A stretch of DNA of 64,000 nt, from contig NC_042998.1 of the NCBI RefSeq assembly GCF_006345805.1, positions 169,012,001 through 169,076,000 on the forward strand. Direction: 5' to 3'. The DNA is from Octopus sinensis. Its lineage: Eukaryota. The notes beneath the pieces were generated by a model. It saw nothing but the letters and a program-made list of their open reading frames with translations. It made no database searches and was not told where the DNA came from. Positions 51,981-64,000 of this stretch are shown piece by piece. Position 1 is the stretch's first letter. Every line of letters starts with the position of its first letter. The position numbers were made by a program, and so were the translations under genes.

Positions 51981-52069
<89 letters not shown>

Positions 52070-52828
52070 TAGGTGCAGGTATGGTTGTCTATGAAGAAGT
52101 TTGTTTCGCAACCACATGGTACCTTCAGTAAGTGTCTTCAATCATAGCCCCGAGCCGACCTATGCCTTGAGAGCGCATTTGATAAACGAAAACTGAAAGA
52201 TCTCTGCAATTTATCTAACGGGTTCAAACTATTATCAGTGATTTTGACGATAAATCAAAGAGGGCCACTGTCAAAGAACTTCTGGTGTTGGAGTGGTCTT
52301 GTGAACTATAGTGCAGAAGGACATTTGATACGAACCAAGCGGTTACTTAACAAGTTTAAAAATCTTCATGTATATGGCATGCTTTGCTTCTTCTCTTATA
52401 AGAAAGACTTTAACCAAGCCCAAAAGTCGAAGAGAAGAAATGACAAAGGAATAGCATGTTAGTATTCTGACGTCCTCCTAATGTGCTTCGAGATATACTA
52501 TTCCAATAAAGAATTATGCACTCTCAAAAGTTTATAAATTTATGACATGTGTGTACGCGCGCGTGTGTGTGTACGTATGTATGTTTGCATATATATGTGT
52601 GTGTGTGTGTGCGTGCGTGCGTGTGTGTGTCTGTATGTATGTATGTATGTATGTATAAATGTGCTGGAACACGTGACACGTAACCAAACACCTGTTCACT
52701 TATAAACTGATACGCACTAATACTGCTAGTCACGTTGATCGACTTAACACACCAGTATCTCTTCTACTAGTATCAACATAACGTTCAACCACCCCACCAT
52801 CACCAACACAATTGCTATTTTCCACCGC

Positions 52829-53075
52829 GGAGGCACGTGGTTTAATGGTTAGGGTGTTGGACTCATGATCGCAAGATTATGATTTCGATTCCTGGACCAT
52901 GCGACGCTTAGTGTTGTTCTTAAGCAAAATACTTCATTTCATGTTACTCCAGTTCACTCAGCTGGTAAACATGAGTAATACTGCGACTGACCGGTGTCCA
53001 GTCTAGATAGGGAATATATACTCCATAGAACCGGGAAACTGGCCCTTATGAGTCGGCGTGACTCGAAAAAGTTTA
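52829..53075 (+). mobile_element. tRNA-derived SINE (family C here)
   Basis: A/B-box head GGAGGCACGTGGTTTAATGGTTAGGG...TTCGATTCC; CTGCGA.TG.C.GG.GTCC central motif; tail AGAACCGGGAAAC. Confidence 0.75.
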
Positions 53076-53127
53076 CCTATTAATATACACCTAACATGTC
53101 TCCATATTTTTTTTTGCGCCTTTTTCA

Positions 53128-53420
53128 AGCCTAGCCAGGCTCATGGGCCCGGTTTCCCGGTTTCTATGGTGTATGTGTATCCTCTACCCTAGCTAGACGG
53201 ACGCCAGTCCATCGCAGCGTTACTCAAGAAACAGGAAGAAAGAGTGAGAGAAAGTTGGCGTGAAAGAGTACAACAGGGGTCGCCACCACCCACTGCTGGA
53301 GCCTCGTGGAACTTTAGGTGTTATCGCTCAATAAACACGCACAACACCCGGACTGGGGATCGAAACCTCGATCCTCCGACCGCGAATCCGCTGCCCTAAC
53401 CACTGGGCCATTGCGCCTCC
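53128..53420 (-). mobile_element. SINE family C, tail-to-tail with the previous copy
   Basis: Minus strand GGAGGCGCAATGGCCCAGTGGTTAGGGCAGCGG...TTCGATCCCC; GCTGCGATGGACTGGCGTCC; AGAAACCGGGAAACCGGGCCCATGAGCC. Confidence 0.85.
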
Positions 53421-53574
53421 TATCATGTCTCCATAGCTAGAAGTGATTTACTTTTTATCACTCAAGTGAGTATAGTGGTTTTGTAGCTATCGACTTGCAT
53501 TTTTTGATCTACCTCTATTATTGTAATTAGAAGATAATTTATAACTCATTTAAGAACCACAAATACTGATTTCC

Positions 53575-53915
53575 AATTTTGGCACAAGGCCAGTAATTTC
53601 AGTGGTAGGATAAGACTTGGTACTTATTTTATCGACCCTGAAAGGATGAAATGCAAAATCACCTTCGGCGGAATTTGAACTCCCCACCTAAGAGCCTACA
53701 AATATTTATTTCAAATTTGAGGTCAGTAAGATCAGGAGAAAGAGTGAATCGATTACATCGATCCCAGTGCTCAACTGGTACTTAATTTATCGACCCCGAA
53801 AGAATGAAATACCAAGTCAACCTCAGCAGAATTTGAACTCAGAACATAAAGACAGAGGAAATGTCGCTAAGCATTTTTCCCGGCTTGCTAACGAATTTGC
53901 CAGCTCACCACCTTA
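53575..53915 (-). mobile_element. Two SINE family A pieces
   Basis: GGCACAAGGCCAG...GGAATTTGAACTC and ATCGACCCCGAAAG...GAACTCAGAAC...GCCAGCTCACC. Confidence 0.8.
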
Positions 53916-54047
53916 GGACCCACAAATATCGATGATACTAGATGGTTGTTAATATTATAAGTTATTATAATAGGCACTGTCACTTCAAGCTGGTTTTATT
54001 TTAGAAAACGAGCACGTCAGTATTGTATGACCCTATATGCGTGTGTT

Positions 54048-54101
<54 letters not shown>

Positions 54102-54133
54102 CATATTTATATATATACATATTTATATATATA

Positions 54134-54227
<94 letters not shown>

Positions 54228-54819
54228 GGATATATGTATGCATAAATGCATGCATATAGAGAGGGGGAGGAAGACAGATAGAAAGGGAGAAAGATATAGA
54301 TATCATGCTTATATCCCCTTCTCTAAATCTCAAGACATGTTTCCGAATTAAACGTGTGATTTTCAGTAGCAATTTAAAATCTATCGGGAAACATATTCTG
54401 TTGCTAACCCATCTCTCGTAATATTCTAATTCCCAATCGTTACGATGTATTAAAGGGGAAGAAGTATAACAGACAACTAAAGCAAAATCGTGTATAGCAA
54501 TGAAAAGTGATTTATTTCCCTTTGATGCAGCGCTTTCTAGTTAATACTTGTTTAGGAAAAGACCTAAGTTTTCGTACATAATTCAAAAACTTCGAAGGTA
54601 TATAAAGTTTCTATTTAATTTTCATTTATATATATATATATATACACATACACACACATACATATAAATAGATAGATAATATATATACAAGTATTTGTAT
54701 ATATGTGTGAATGTTTTTCACATGTACACGCTCACCCATACACGCAAATAAATAGATAGATATAGATACAATACATACGTATAATATGTATATACAAATA
54801 TAGCATATATGTATGTATA

Positions 54820-55110
54820 GCCTTACGACATTTATTGGATGGCCGTTGACTCTCAAGAGTTCCTCCGCCCTTTGACGGGTTTTGTTTTTCATCCCGCAGG
54901 GTGTCCAATAAACACTCTCCTCACCAAGCAAGCTTGGTGGAGTTGCCAGTTTAGTCGCCGACGACCCGACCATGCAACAGGTTGTACTGGGTTACATGTT
55001 ACCAGTAGCACTCGAAAGTTAGGGTATCCTTCTAGGAGAAGGTAACTCAGGTAACTGGGATAACTCCGACATAAAACCTGCGGCTCAGTGGTTACCGATG
55101 ATGTTGACTT
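54820..55110 (+). mobile_element. Probable RTE-type LINE 5' UTR fragment
   Basis: GC-richer structured block ending GGAGAAGGTAACTC...TAAAACC, resembling RTE 5' UTR ends; no ORF follows. Confidence 0.4.
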
Positions 55111-56675
55111 GTTCTTCTTTTCGGATTATGGCTGCTGTTGCTTCGTGAGTGGGATTGACTCAGTGCACAGCCTTTCCTCATTTTAAAAATAAATCTTCTT
55201 GCACAGGCATTGCACGATAACAACATTAATTAAGCTTCGTGCAATGGCCATACTCGATAACGAGGGGGCAGCCACCCTATGTATGTATGTATATATACAT
55301 ACAAATATAGCATATATGTATGTATATATATATATATTATATATATATATATACGTATTTACGCATGTTTGTATGAATGTATGTACTATTTATGCTTGTG
55401 TGTACGTGTGTGTGTACGTGTAGACATACACATACGTATATTCATATATATAATGTACAATAATATAAAATAATAATATAAAACAAGAAGAAGAAGAAGA
55501 AGAAGAAGAAGAAGAAGAAGAAGAAGAAGAAGAAGAAGAAGAAGAAGAAGGGTTTCGTAAAAGGGTTAAGAAAATATAAACTATAGAAAAAGAAAATAAC
55601 CATTGTTATTTCGTTTTTGTATCTGACTTGCAAGATTCTTTATGTGAATTCGTGTGTTGAAACAATTTTTGTTACGTCTAGGGAGAATCAACAAGCCAAT
55701 ATAAATAACACACACACACACTGGTTCAATTTCAATCGTTTACTAAAAATCCGATTGTTTTTTGGGTTTTTTTTTTTTGGCTTTTGTTAAAACTCTTTCG
55801 TTGCTCCTTGCAACCTTCTCAGTGGTGAAAGAGCCTTGTAAAACAAAACAATCGGATATTTAGTATATAAGTGGAATTGAAACAGTTTGTGTGTTAATTA
55901 TTTTGACAAGATGATTCTCCCTAGACACAACAAGACCCATTTTGCCCAAATTATAGGACAACCCATTCACCCTGTATGCGATGCTAATAATGCCAGCAAC
56001 AGAATATCAAATTTTCTCTCATAGATCTTACTCCTCTTGATATAAGTATATGTGAACGTATATTATAGTTGAGAACCGAAAACGTCCTTAGCAGGATGGA
56101 TAAATGCATCCACATATATGATCTCAGTAAATACCTCAAAGGTATCATGGATGTAATATTACTGTATTCATTCATCGATATAGATTTTTGCTGTCAAGAA
56201 ATGTGTAGAGTGAATCTGTGAGAGCGATGTGTTATTCAAGAATGCCTATGTGTCTTAAAAAGGATCGTTTCCGAGTCCTGACATGTAGCGAGGAATACCT
56301 TCCTAAATATAACCTGGCTGTTGCTTGTCCCGCTCGAACCAAATCTGGTAGAGCTACCACCACCACCACTATTGCTTCGGCTGCTAGAAAGATCTGTAGA
56401 GAACTCTTGCTCGGTTGGACCTAACCTAACCACAGCAATAGGGCTGTCATCGCATATGATGTCGGTGCTATCCTACCAACACCTTGCGCTCAAATCTCAC
56501 CAAAGCCTACATGTTTTGGTCGTGGCGCGAAATTGCTTAACCTGTCGCCCAGTTTCACTGCTTAGCATCTTGTGCGCATATAACGGACTCAAATATCCAA
56601 GAAAATCACTGGTTTGAGAATACCTTTGTTCCCACCAACTTATAAGGAGTAATGAACACTGGTTCTCCTCTGATT

Positions 56676-56711
<36 letters not shown>

Positions 56712-56712
<1 letters not shown>

Positions 56713-57972
56713 TAGACTGAATAAAAAGTAAGCGACGTTTTGAAATGTGAAATTCATCACAATATATTTCAACAATGCGGAAATTCTAGTCATCAAAGTA
56801 AGTACTATTACAATCAACGCATTTTTGCTAACGAGTTACAAGTTTGTTTACTCCGGTAGCATAAAAACTTGGAGTTCTGGAGCTGAATGCACTTTGAATG
56901 CACTTTTAACTCATTCTCATGAAACCATCAAGGTGCTTACAAAAATGTTAGTCGGTGGGAGAAAGGTCTGGCGAATAAGCTGGGTGTGGAAGAACTTCGT
57001 AGTCAAGTTCCCTCAACTTCTGGAGCGTCATTAGTGAAACATGTAGTTCAGTATTGTCATGAAGAATCATTGGCCCTCTCATGTTGACGGTAGAGTAGCA
57101 GTTTTTCGTTCATTTTGGCAATTTCATGGCAATATGTTTCTGCAGTAATGGTTATCCTGGGTTTTAAGAAGTTATAGTAGATGAGTCCAGCAGTACACCA
57201 CCAAACAGTCACCATAACCTTCTTTTGAAGAACTCGAGTTTAGGGAAGGTTTTTCAGTGCTCCATTTTGGTCCAACCTCTGCGAAGAACGTTTTTATCAT
57301 TGTATAGAATCCACTTTTCATCGCAAGTTACTATACGGTCGAAGAATGGATCGGTCTGGTTACAGACAAGAAGCGACGAGCAAATTTCATATCTGCGCAT
57401 TTTCTAATTTCCATTCAAATCGTATGGTACCCATTTGTCGAGCTGTTTTGATTTTATGATCGCATGCAAATAGTTGCAGGCAGTTTTCTGGCTAACTTGA
57501 AGTTCTTTTGCAAATTCTCGAGTGGTTTTACGTGGATCATTCTCAAAGACGATCTCTAATTCACAGTCATCGATGACAGATGGGCGCCCACTTCGCTCAC
57601 AATCTTCAAGAGTCAAGTCACCACAGCGAAATCATTTAACCCATTTTCGAGCTGAACACTCACATATCATTTCCTCACCAAACGTTTCGTTGATATCGTG
57701 AGCAATTTCAGCTGCTTTACAACCTTTTTTGAAGGATGAAATTACTCGAATACTGAAATTGTTCGAATACCGAAATTGCTCGAATATCGCACTTTGACAG
57801 TTACATTTCAGATGATGGTAACAACGGTGAAAAGAATATCAATGTTAATTTAGTGATGCATTTGGGCAAGTCTATGTCTGTATCTTCAGACAATTGCAAA
57901 ACAATGTTTGAAAATCAAGCCAAAACTGCAAAAATCCGGTACAAAACGTTGCTTACTTTTTACTCAACCTTG
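56712..57972 (-). mobile_element. Full-length decayed mariner (~1.26 kb)
   Basis: TIR TTAGACTGAATAAAAAGTAAGCGACGTTTT and inverted AAAACGTTGCTTACTTTTTACTCAACCT; remnants ERSGRP, WVPYDL, IVTCDEKWILYN. Confidence 0.9.
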
Positions 57973-57997
57973 TTTATATATGTATATATATATATTA

Positions 57998-58039
<42 letters not shown>

Positions 58040-58571
58040 AATATAAGAGAGTGGTCACTATATGGCTCACTCTAGCACCAGTTAATCCAAAAGGTTTCAA
58101 CCACAAAAATACATGCTTCCCATGAAAGCCAGTACGATTGTTAGCTCACACGGACAGGGCAAATAAAAAATAACAAAAATACATGGCTTTCATGGGAAGC
58201 ATGTACTTTTGTGGTTGAAACCTTTTGGATTAACTGGTGCTAGAGTGAGCCATTAAGTGACCACTCTCTTATATTTATTTTGTAAAAATATTATAATATA
58301 TTGTAAAATATTATAATAATCCAGGTTTCTCGGAGCACTAGGCCACTTGGTGTTGAATAGATATACTATTAAATTAGTATCTAATTCTCTCACCCTTATT
58401 AATTAATTATAATTATGCTGCATTTATTTCTAAATGCTGTATTTGTTTTCCGTGAAAGTTTGGCGCGCTGTTAGTTGGGGCATTTGAATTATAACGTCGG
58501 ATGTAATCAATTGAACCACACGCGTATTTATCGTTATGGTAAAATCTGGCGTGTGATGAGTGGATTTCATC

Positions 58572-58665
58572 CAGATAGTTTTGGCTGAGGAGCTACAAGT
58601 GGATTTTTTTGTAAGTAAAATTACATTTAATTCATTAATAGCGAAACAATTGTCCCAAAATAATC
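58572..58665 (+). ncRNA. Intact type I hammerhead ribozyme, copy 1
   Basis: CAGATAGTTTTGG-CTGAGGA-GCTA(43 nt)TAGC-GAAAC-AATT-GTC^CCAAAATAATCTG; predicted cleavage after 58654. Confidence 0.9.
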
Positions 58666-59104
58666 TGTATTTTTGTTATTTTTTATTTGCCCTGTCCGTG
58701 TGAGCTAACAATCGTACTGGCTTTCATGGGAAGCATGTATTTTTGTGGTTGAAACCTTTTGGATTAACTGGTGCTAGAGTGAGCCATATAGTGACCACTC
58801 TTATATTTATTTTGTAAAAATATTATAATATATTATAAAATATTATAATAATCCAGGTTTCTCGGAGCACTAGGCCACTTGGTGTTGAATAGATATACTA
58901 TTAAATTAGTATCTAATTCTCTCACCCTTATTAATTAATTATAATTATGCTGCATTTATTTCTAAATGCTGTATTTGTTTTCCGTGAAAGTTTGGCGCGC
59001 TGTTAGTTGGGGCATTTGAATTATAACGTCGGATGTAATCAATTGAACCACACGCGTATTTATCGTTATGGTAAAATCTGGCGTGTGATTGAGTGGATTT
59101 CATC

Positions 59105-59200
59105 CAGATAGTTTTGGCTGAGGAGCTACAAGTGGATTTTTTTGTAAGTAAAATTACATTTAATTCATTAATAGCGAAACAATTGTCCCAAAATAATCTG
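59105..59200 (+). ncRNA. Intact type I hammerhead ribozyme, copy 2
   Basis: Same sequence as copy 1; predicted cleavage after 59187. Confidence 0.9.
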
Positions 59201-59481
59201 TATTTTTGTTATTTGTTATTTGTTATTTGTTATTTTTTATTTGCCCTGTCCGTGTGAGCTAACAATCGTACTGGCTTTCATGGGAAGCATGTATTTTTGT
59301 GGTTGAAACCTTTTGGATTAACTGGTGAGCCATATAGTGACCACTCTCTTATATTTATTTTGTAAAAATATTATAATATATTATAAAATATTATAATAAT
59401 CCAGGTTTCTCGGAGCACTAGGCCACTTGGTGTTGAATAGATATACTATAAATTAGTATCTAATTCTCTCACCCTTATTAA

Positions 59482-59540
<59 letters not shown>

Positions 59541-59943
59541 ATATATATATATGCGAAACTACAAGGACTTTCCGGACTCCGACTAATAAGGAAATCGTTT
59601 CTCGTGCTATCGTGTCTTATTGGAGCACATCTGCTTATTCCAGAATTATAGATGCTACATTTATGTGAGGTATGTATAAGAATTGAATATTCTCGAAAAT
59701 AATTAGTTCAGAGAGATTACATATCAAGGCAACAGATTAGAAACATTTTTGATAGTATTTATTCACCTTTACACACGTATCATTTGCTAACAGGAGTTAC
59801 AAAGTTATACATCTAGAAGATATCGGACATGTTTCCCTTAAATGTACAACTTTATAATTCCTATTAGCAATTGAAACAAGCGTAATGGTACATAAGTACT
59901 ACAAAGAGTCTTTACAATAACCTGTATTGGTATATATACATAC

Positions 59944-60000
<57 letters not shown>

Positions 60001-60128
60001 ATTTTGATTTTGATTTTGATTTTTCCAGTTTCAGCTAATGAGCTGTGGCCATGCTATATATATATATGCATATATACATATATATATATATGTATATGTA
60101 TGTGTATATATATACATATATAGGTATT

Positions 60129-60190
<62 letters not shown>

Positions 60191-60547
60191 GTGAGGTAGG
60201 TTTTTAGTGATTAATCGTCATTAAATCGAAAAGTGATGCAACTAGAATGTCGCTTGAAATAATTTGCTATATATGCTATAAAAACATCATTCGAAATCGA
60301 TGCATAATGAATACTGCATCATTATACACCATTCACTTGTATCGATTTTCAGCAACGTTTTTTATCTTGCCTTTTTTTACCCAGTCATCAATAATAATAG
60401 CATATATGCTTCTACTGTGAACATTTATGCAGATGCTAGATACGGATATCAGATCGATCTTGTAAAGAAAAGAGTCAAGGGAGGTAATATAAATACGATT
60501 AGAATTACTTCCCTTTGCATGACAATAAATAAATATCCAAAAGTATA

Positions 60548-60580
<33 letters not shown>

Positions 60581-60589
60581 ACACGTATA

Positions 60590-60800
60590 CTCTTTTATTC
60601 TTTTAGTTGTTTCAGTCATTAGACTGCGGCCATGCAGGGCCACCACCTGGAAGAATTTTAGTTGAACGAATCGACTCCAAAATTACGGGGACGTAAACAC
60701 ACCAACACCGGTTGTCATGCGGTGGTGATGGGACAAGCACAGAGATGCACACAAGTGTGTGTATGCGTGTGTATACGAAGGTCTTCTTTCAGCTTCCATC
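60590..60800 (-). mobile_element. SINE family B
   Basis: TTTCAGTCATTAGACTGCGGCCATGC, GGTTGTCATGCGGTGG and TTCTTTCAGCTTCC motifs. Confidence 0.7.
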
Positions 60801-61514
60801 TTCTAAATGTATATATACATGTGTATACATATGTATTGTGTATATGTGTGTGTGCGTGTGTGTATGTATGTATGTATGTATGTATGTATGTATGTATGTA
60901 TGTATGTATGCATATATAAACCTATACACACACACAAACACACACGCATAAGGGTGGTGTTATTCCTAACAAGTTCGCTGAGCAGTCACACAGGTTTCCT
61001 TCCAAGTCGTAGACTTGTAGACCAGCGCCCATTTCGGTAGTCCCAAATCGAATTGTACTGAAAGCGTGAAATTGTATAGATGGAAACGGTATAAAAACGT
61101 GTCATTTAAAAGGTACAACTATTTCACCATGTCAGCTTTTTCTGCGTGAGAGTGATGCTAAGGGCACACATGACAGAGGAATGCTCGGCCACTTACACTC
61201 TACTTCAGGGTCGGGTGTTTCTGTTGATCAAGTAAGTGAATTCTGATCGTTTTGACTTCAGAGTGTAGAGAGTCCGAAGAAATACTGCGTGATATTTTAC
61301 CCCGGGACAGGACAATTTGTCGCTGTTGTTTCGTCGCTGACAATTTGGTGCGGCTGGCACAACATTCAGCCCGTTTTGGTGACAGAACTTTTCGACGCTG
61401 CTGGCAAAGATACATGCATGCAGAAAAATAGTCACATACAGATAGAGCGAAGGATAAAGAGGGGGAAAAGAGCGTGAAACAGTGGGAGAGAGAGGGAGAG
61501 AAATGTAGAGAGAA

Positions 61515-61925
61515 GGTGGCGAGCTGGCAGAAACGTTAGCACGCCGGGCGAAATGCTTATTTTGTCTGCCGCTACGTTTTGAGTTCAAATTCCGCCGAGG
61601 TCGACTTGGCCTTTCATCCTTTCGGGGTCGATAAATTAAGTACCAGTTACGCACTGGGTTCGATGTAATCGACTTAATCCCTTTGGCTGTCCTTGTTTGT
61701 CCTCTCTGTATTTAGCCCCTTGTGGGTAATAAAGAAATAGATATTTCGTCTGCCGTTACGTTCTGAGTTCAAATTCCGCCGAACTCGACTTTGCTTTCAT
61801 CCTTTCGGGGTCGATAAATTAAGTACCAGTTACGCAGTGGGGTCGATGTAATCGACTTAATCCCTTTGTCTGTCCATGTTTGTCCCCTCTATGTTTACCC
61901 CCTTGTGAGCAATAAAGAAATAAGA
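61515..61925 (+). mobile_element. SINE family A, two-unit form
   Basis: Head GGTGGCGAGCTGGCAGAAACG then two internal units. Confidence 0.9.
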
Positions 61926-63264
61926 AATGTAGAGAGGAGAGGAGGAGAGAGAGGGAAAAAGCGAGTCATTGCATATGAATACAAACATAACTAGATGCAT
62001 ACACACATAAACAGAGAAGGAGGTGGTGGAAAGAACGAGATATCCATTAAAACACTTGATGTCAAATAAGACAGCCTCGAATTCGAATGCGCGGCGCCAA
62101 AACATTTCATACTCTTGCGTCCAACACTCTAATGCGTCTACCATCTCACAACATTTAGATCCATTTCTAAAAACGGAAAGCTAACGAAATGGACGCCCTT
62201 GGTCATAGATTTCTAGATGATGGCAGGGCAGAAGCTAAACAATACCAACAACAGTATGCATGATATTCGAAAATTAACAAGTCTCGACTTACCTTTTCTG
62301 ATGTTGATATGCAACTACAATCCTTCTCAAGAATCAACTTTCTCTATCTGAAAATATATTCACAAACACACGTATAAGTTTCGCTTACGTGACTATAGTG
62401 CGTTTCAAACCTACTAAAGTAACAAACGTTTAAAGACATCTTTTGAAAATAAATTACAATTCGTTATTTACCCAGACGTACAAACATCAATAACAACTAC
62501 AGCACATACATAAAGGTTGTGTCAAAAGCATTGCAAAAGGGGCTACATCATTTTTATTAACTGGGTCCTCAACCGTCGCTACGCTACCGGTAAAATTATT
62601 TGTTAATCATGCACATACCTTCTTTTGATAGTAGACTGTTATATAGTGAAATTCTTGTTAGTTACTTTTATGACAACACTACCTATCTATCTATCTCTCA
62701 TACACGCACACACATTCCCTCTTTCTCTCTCTCTCTCTCTCCCTCTATCTCTCTCTATATATATATTTATCTATCTCCCTCTCCTCTCTTTCTCTCTCTT
62801 TCTCTCTCCCTCTCTCTCTCCCTCTCTCTTTCTCTCTCCCCCTCTCTCTCTCCTTCTTTCTCCCTCACTGAATTTCTCTCTCAGCAACAAAAACGTCATT
62901 ATAGTGAAAGTCTTTTTTTGAAAAAATACAGAAACACTCAAACACACAGTAATACACACACGCACACACAAACAACAAAACAGATAACTGTCAATGTTTT
63001 TATGAAGTTAAAGCATTTTCTCAATTTTTGAAGCTGTGTTGCATTGCTTTAAGACTTGCACTTGAAATTTTCCTTGTTAGCTGCTATATATTTCCTTGTT
63101 AGTTGCTATATTGATAACACTACCTATCTATCTATCTTCCACATACACACACACTCCCTCCTTTTCTCTCTCTTTATCTCATTATCTCACTGTATTTCTC
63201 CCTCAACAATAACTTTTCTCCTCCCCTATTTTCCTCCCTTCTTTCCTTTCTTTACATATATCTT

Positions 63265-64000
63265 GTGATGGACAGACAGACGGAGATCAGCATAACACAA
63301 GATAGACATAGTACATTGAAATTTCACATGTCGGCAGATTATACTGCTTAACACAGTGTCGATTAGAAGTGGTACAAACTGCAAATCTTCTTGGAAAAAA
63401 ATTCAGGTGTGCACTGTTATGCCCAATACTTCACAGCCACTTTCACATCCTCTGAATCAACAAATCGTTGTTTCCGAAGATTGTCCTTCAATGGGCCAAA
63501 TAAGTGGAAATCAGAGGGCGCAAGATCTAACTTTGCGGTCGATGGCATACCACTAACCAGCACTAGTTTTCCCATTGTCTGATTTATTACCAAACATTTT
63601 GTTGTCATGGTAAATATGAATCATTTTAAAATTCTTGTTCGGTGTCTTCCTTTTCGTAGCTTCTCTAAGCTTTTTAGGTGTATAAATGTACCACTCGTTG
63701 TCTTCTGGCTGTACGCTCGATATCAGCTAGCTGTCCCCTGTACAGCCACGTTCTAGAACACCAATGAGAATGACACCCTTGTCATCCCCAAAACTAGTCC
63801 CCATGGCTTTTTGTACTGATCGTTGGTTCTTGAACACTTTAGACCTTGGAGATAATATGTGATGTCATTCCATAGACTGGGCTTTTTTTTTCGAATTATA
63901 AAGATACGCCCATATTTCACCTCCTAACACCAACTCGGCCTTAAAAAAAAACACTTTTCTGCAGATCAGAGCAATCTTCTGCCAATCATTCACTCAAATT
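63265..64000 (-). mobile_element. Decayed mariner transposase, 3' part (runs off the window)
   Basis: Minus-strand remnants QSMEW, SPRSKVFKNQ, DDKGVILI..LERG, DLAPSDFHLFGPLKDNLR. Confidence 0.85.

Larger units (their letters stand above)
58031..59488 (+). mobile_element. Retrozyme-like element: inverted 153 bp head + ~2.4 tandem units (534/554 bp), one hammerhead per full unit
   Basis: Unit starts TGGCTTTCATGGG at 58184, 58718, 59272; 58031-58183 is an inverted part of the unit; no ORF; (TA)n on both sides. Confidence 0.9.

Noticed and set aside
52829-52905. tRNA-like sequences at SINE heads
   Set aside because: They run into SINE bodies and do not form full cloverleaves; not tRNA genes.
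56218-56617. Overlapping 65-98 aa ORFs in a moderately GC-rich block
   Set aside because: No motif recognised; possibly an old repeat fragment.
58553-58578. TGATGAG-TGGAT(ttc)ATCCA-GATAG, a second core-like motif just 5' of the real hammerhead
   Set aside because: Lacks C3 and GAAAC and is altered in unit 2; treated as a simple hairpin.
58184-59488. Tandem arrays (also the SINE trimers) as CRISPR or satellite DNA
   Set aside because: No repeat-spacer alternation or cas genes, eukaryotic context; low unit number, inverted head and ribozyme argue against an ordinary satellite.
59815-59875. GAAAC-AT-GTC motifs here and at ~54340, plus weak cores at ~3000-3040 and ~44158
   Set aside because: Each lacks an intact CUGANGA or pairing stems; possible older relics but not supportable by eye.

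Overview
AT-rich, repeat-saturated eukaryotic DNA with no host protein-coding gene, rRNA, tRNA gene or CRISPR that I can support. The abundant tRNA-derived SINEs resemble the families I recall from octopus genomes, so a coleoid cephalopod intergenic or intronic region is my inference. Almost all listed ORFs are microsatellite translations or transposon fragments. Content: three SINE families; mariner, Tc1/maT, Tigger and hAT fossils and MITEs; an R4/Dong-type RLE retrotransposon cluster in (AAT)n; a near-intact GC-rich Penelope-like element (RT + GIY-YIG) and an older Penelope relic. The main discovery is a set of non-coding elements at (TA)n tracts that carry type I hammerhead ribozymes (HHR) and share one architecture: a short inverted 5' segment followed by more than one tandem unit. 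The best example (58.0-59.5 kb) has two intact hammerheads 533 nt apart and looks like a retrozyme / circular-RNA retroelement, plausibly mobilised by Penelope-like elements. All alignments and folds were done by eye; boundaries of old elements are approximate.
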